Positions 21,022 to 22,127 of a DNA stretch of 22,127 nucleotides are shown piece after piece; within the stretch, counting starts at the first letter, position 1, and every line of letters starts with the position of its first letter. The translations under genes and the position numbers were made by a program. The stretch lies in assembly GCA_002269645.1 (NCBI GenBank), contig NIVC01005196.1, positions 1 to 22,127 on the forward strand, in the 5' to 3' direction. This DNA is from Macrostomum lignano. Taxonomy: Eukaryota. The notes under the pieces were generated by a model, which was given only the letters and a program-made list of their open reading frames with translations, was not told where the DNA came from and searched no databases.

Positions 21022-21785
21022 TTTCTTAGAAATGAGCTGGAGGCTGTACACATATTCGTGATGATTCTCACTAAGTAACCCCCACTGCCATAGACAATAA
21101 AATTAACGCATTGAGCCAAAGTGCGATTGGTTGAACACTTTCCACAACCATAGACAAAACGTGTCCCGCGAATACAGGGAGCGGAGAGTACTCATAATCT
21201 CCGCGAATCTAGTCAATATTCTCCGCTCCTTGCATTCGTGGGATAGATTTCATTAAACCACTTTAAAGCTCACTTTCAGGGAGGTTATTGACATAGATTT
21301 TATTTTGCGGGATTCAATCGATCACTTTCCCGGACATATTGCAAGGATTATTGTATGTATCTAAATAAGCGAGCTTCTCTCTTCTCTTCCTTCGTGACTC
21401 GAGAAATTTTTTAAGAAAATTTGTCTATGGTAAGAATGTGGGGGCTTCGCCCGCACACCCCAGCAGGGGCTTCGCCCCACACCCCCATCCCCAACTTCAA
21501 CCATAGACATACAAGTATGGCTCCAGGATTTATCTGAATGCACCGCAAAATAAAGTAGCTTAAATAATTCGGCTCTCGGATTTAATCACATACCGACCTC
21601 AAACCCATAGAATATCTTATACATATAGCTAGTGCATTTAATTAGAGAAAGCATATCGCTGCATGAGTTACACCATAGACTAATTCAGTTGAGAAACATC
21701 TGTATTAGTGGATGCACTATACGAGTATCTAGCGATACGGCAAATATACGGTCCTTATCCCGACCTCCAGCTCATTTCTAAGAAA
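21022..21785. repeat. Perfect 22-bp inverted repeat pair spanning 764 bp
   Basis: TTTCTTAGAAATGAGCTGGAGG (21022-21043) and CCTCCAGCTCATTTCTAAGAAA (21764-21785). Confidence 0.85.
21164..21243. other. 80-nt hairpin with 27-bp arms
   Basis: TCCCGCGAATACAGGGAGCGGAGAGTA (21164-21190) pairs with TATTCTCCGCTCCTTGCATTCGTGGGA (21217-21243); 23 of 27 pairs are Watson-Crick. Confidence 0.8.
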
Positions 21786-22127
21786 ATCTAAAGTGTTACT
21801 ATATTAGCTTTAAGAGTATTGATGCCGGCATTCAGAGAACTTTGCTCGATCGGTTATAACTAGTTCGCTTCAGGGCCTTAGTACTCGTAAGTTTCTGAAA
21901 TTGTTCAGCAATTGTGCGAGTCTTTCGACAATAAATTTTATCCCACAAGCGCTTGTCAATACCGATTTTATTTACCGTTCTCATACATCAACGAGTGCAG
22001 CTCCACCAGGAGACACTGCAGTGAGTTGACTGCTGTCCGGAAGCTGGAACTGGCTGATGGCGACGGATCGCTTTGCAGAGTTTGATGCTGACCTGTTGGT
22101 AAAATAATTTAGTTGAGATGCTGGTAT

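Overview
This is animal genomic DNA with GT-AG introns, not a prokaryotic window. The gene set (USP plus innexin) and the very high simple-repeat load suggest a lophotrochozoan, possibly the flatworm Macrostomum; that assignment is inference only. From left to right the window holds: (1) the last seven exons of an SLC5A sodium:solute symporter (+), with one clear and one weak tRNA-derived SINE in its last intron; (2) a universal stress protein gene (-) with an intronless CDS; (3) a complete 2.6-kb FLYWCH-MULE (Phantom-like) DNA transposon with tandem-repeat TIRs and an exact 8-bp TSD, inserted into a 21-bp minisatellite; (4) two arrays of a 29-bp minisatellite whose near-invariant core is a perfect let-7 8mer site on the minus strand; (5) a two-coding-exon orphan single-pass membrane protein gene that the ORF track misses, with introns filled by mutually complementary repeats; (6) an innexin gene (+); (7) a right end rich in inverted repeats and hairpins. 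Most long ORFs in the track are repeat artefacts. At least seven frameshifts in real genes are repaired by adding one base to a short homopolymer, which points to uncorrected long-read assembly error rather than true pseudogenes. I found no CRISPR, rRNA or intact tRNA genes, and I cannot demonstrate a wholly new system. The best leads are listed as findings.
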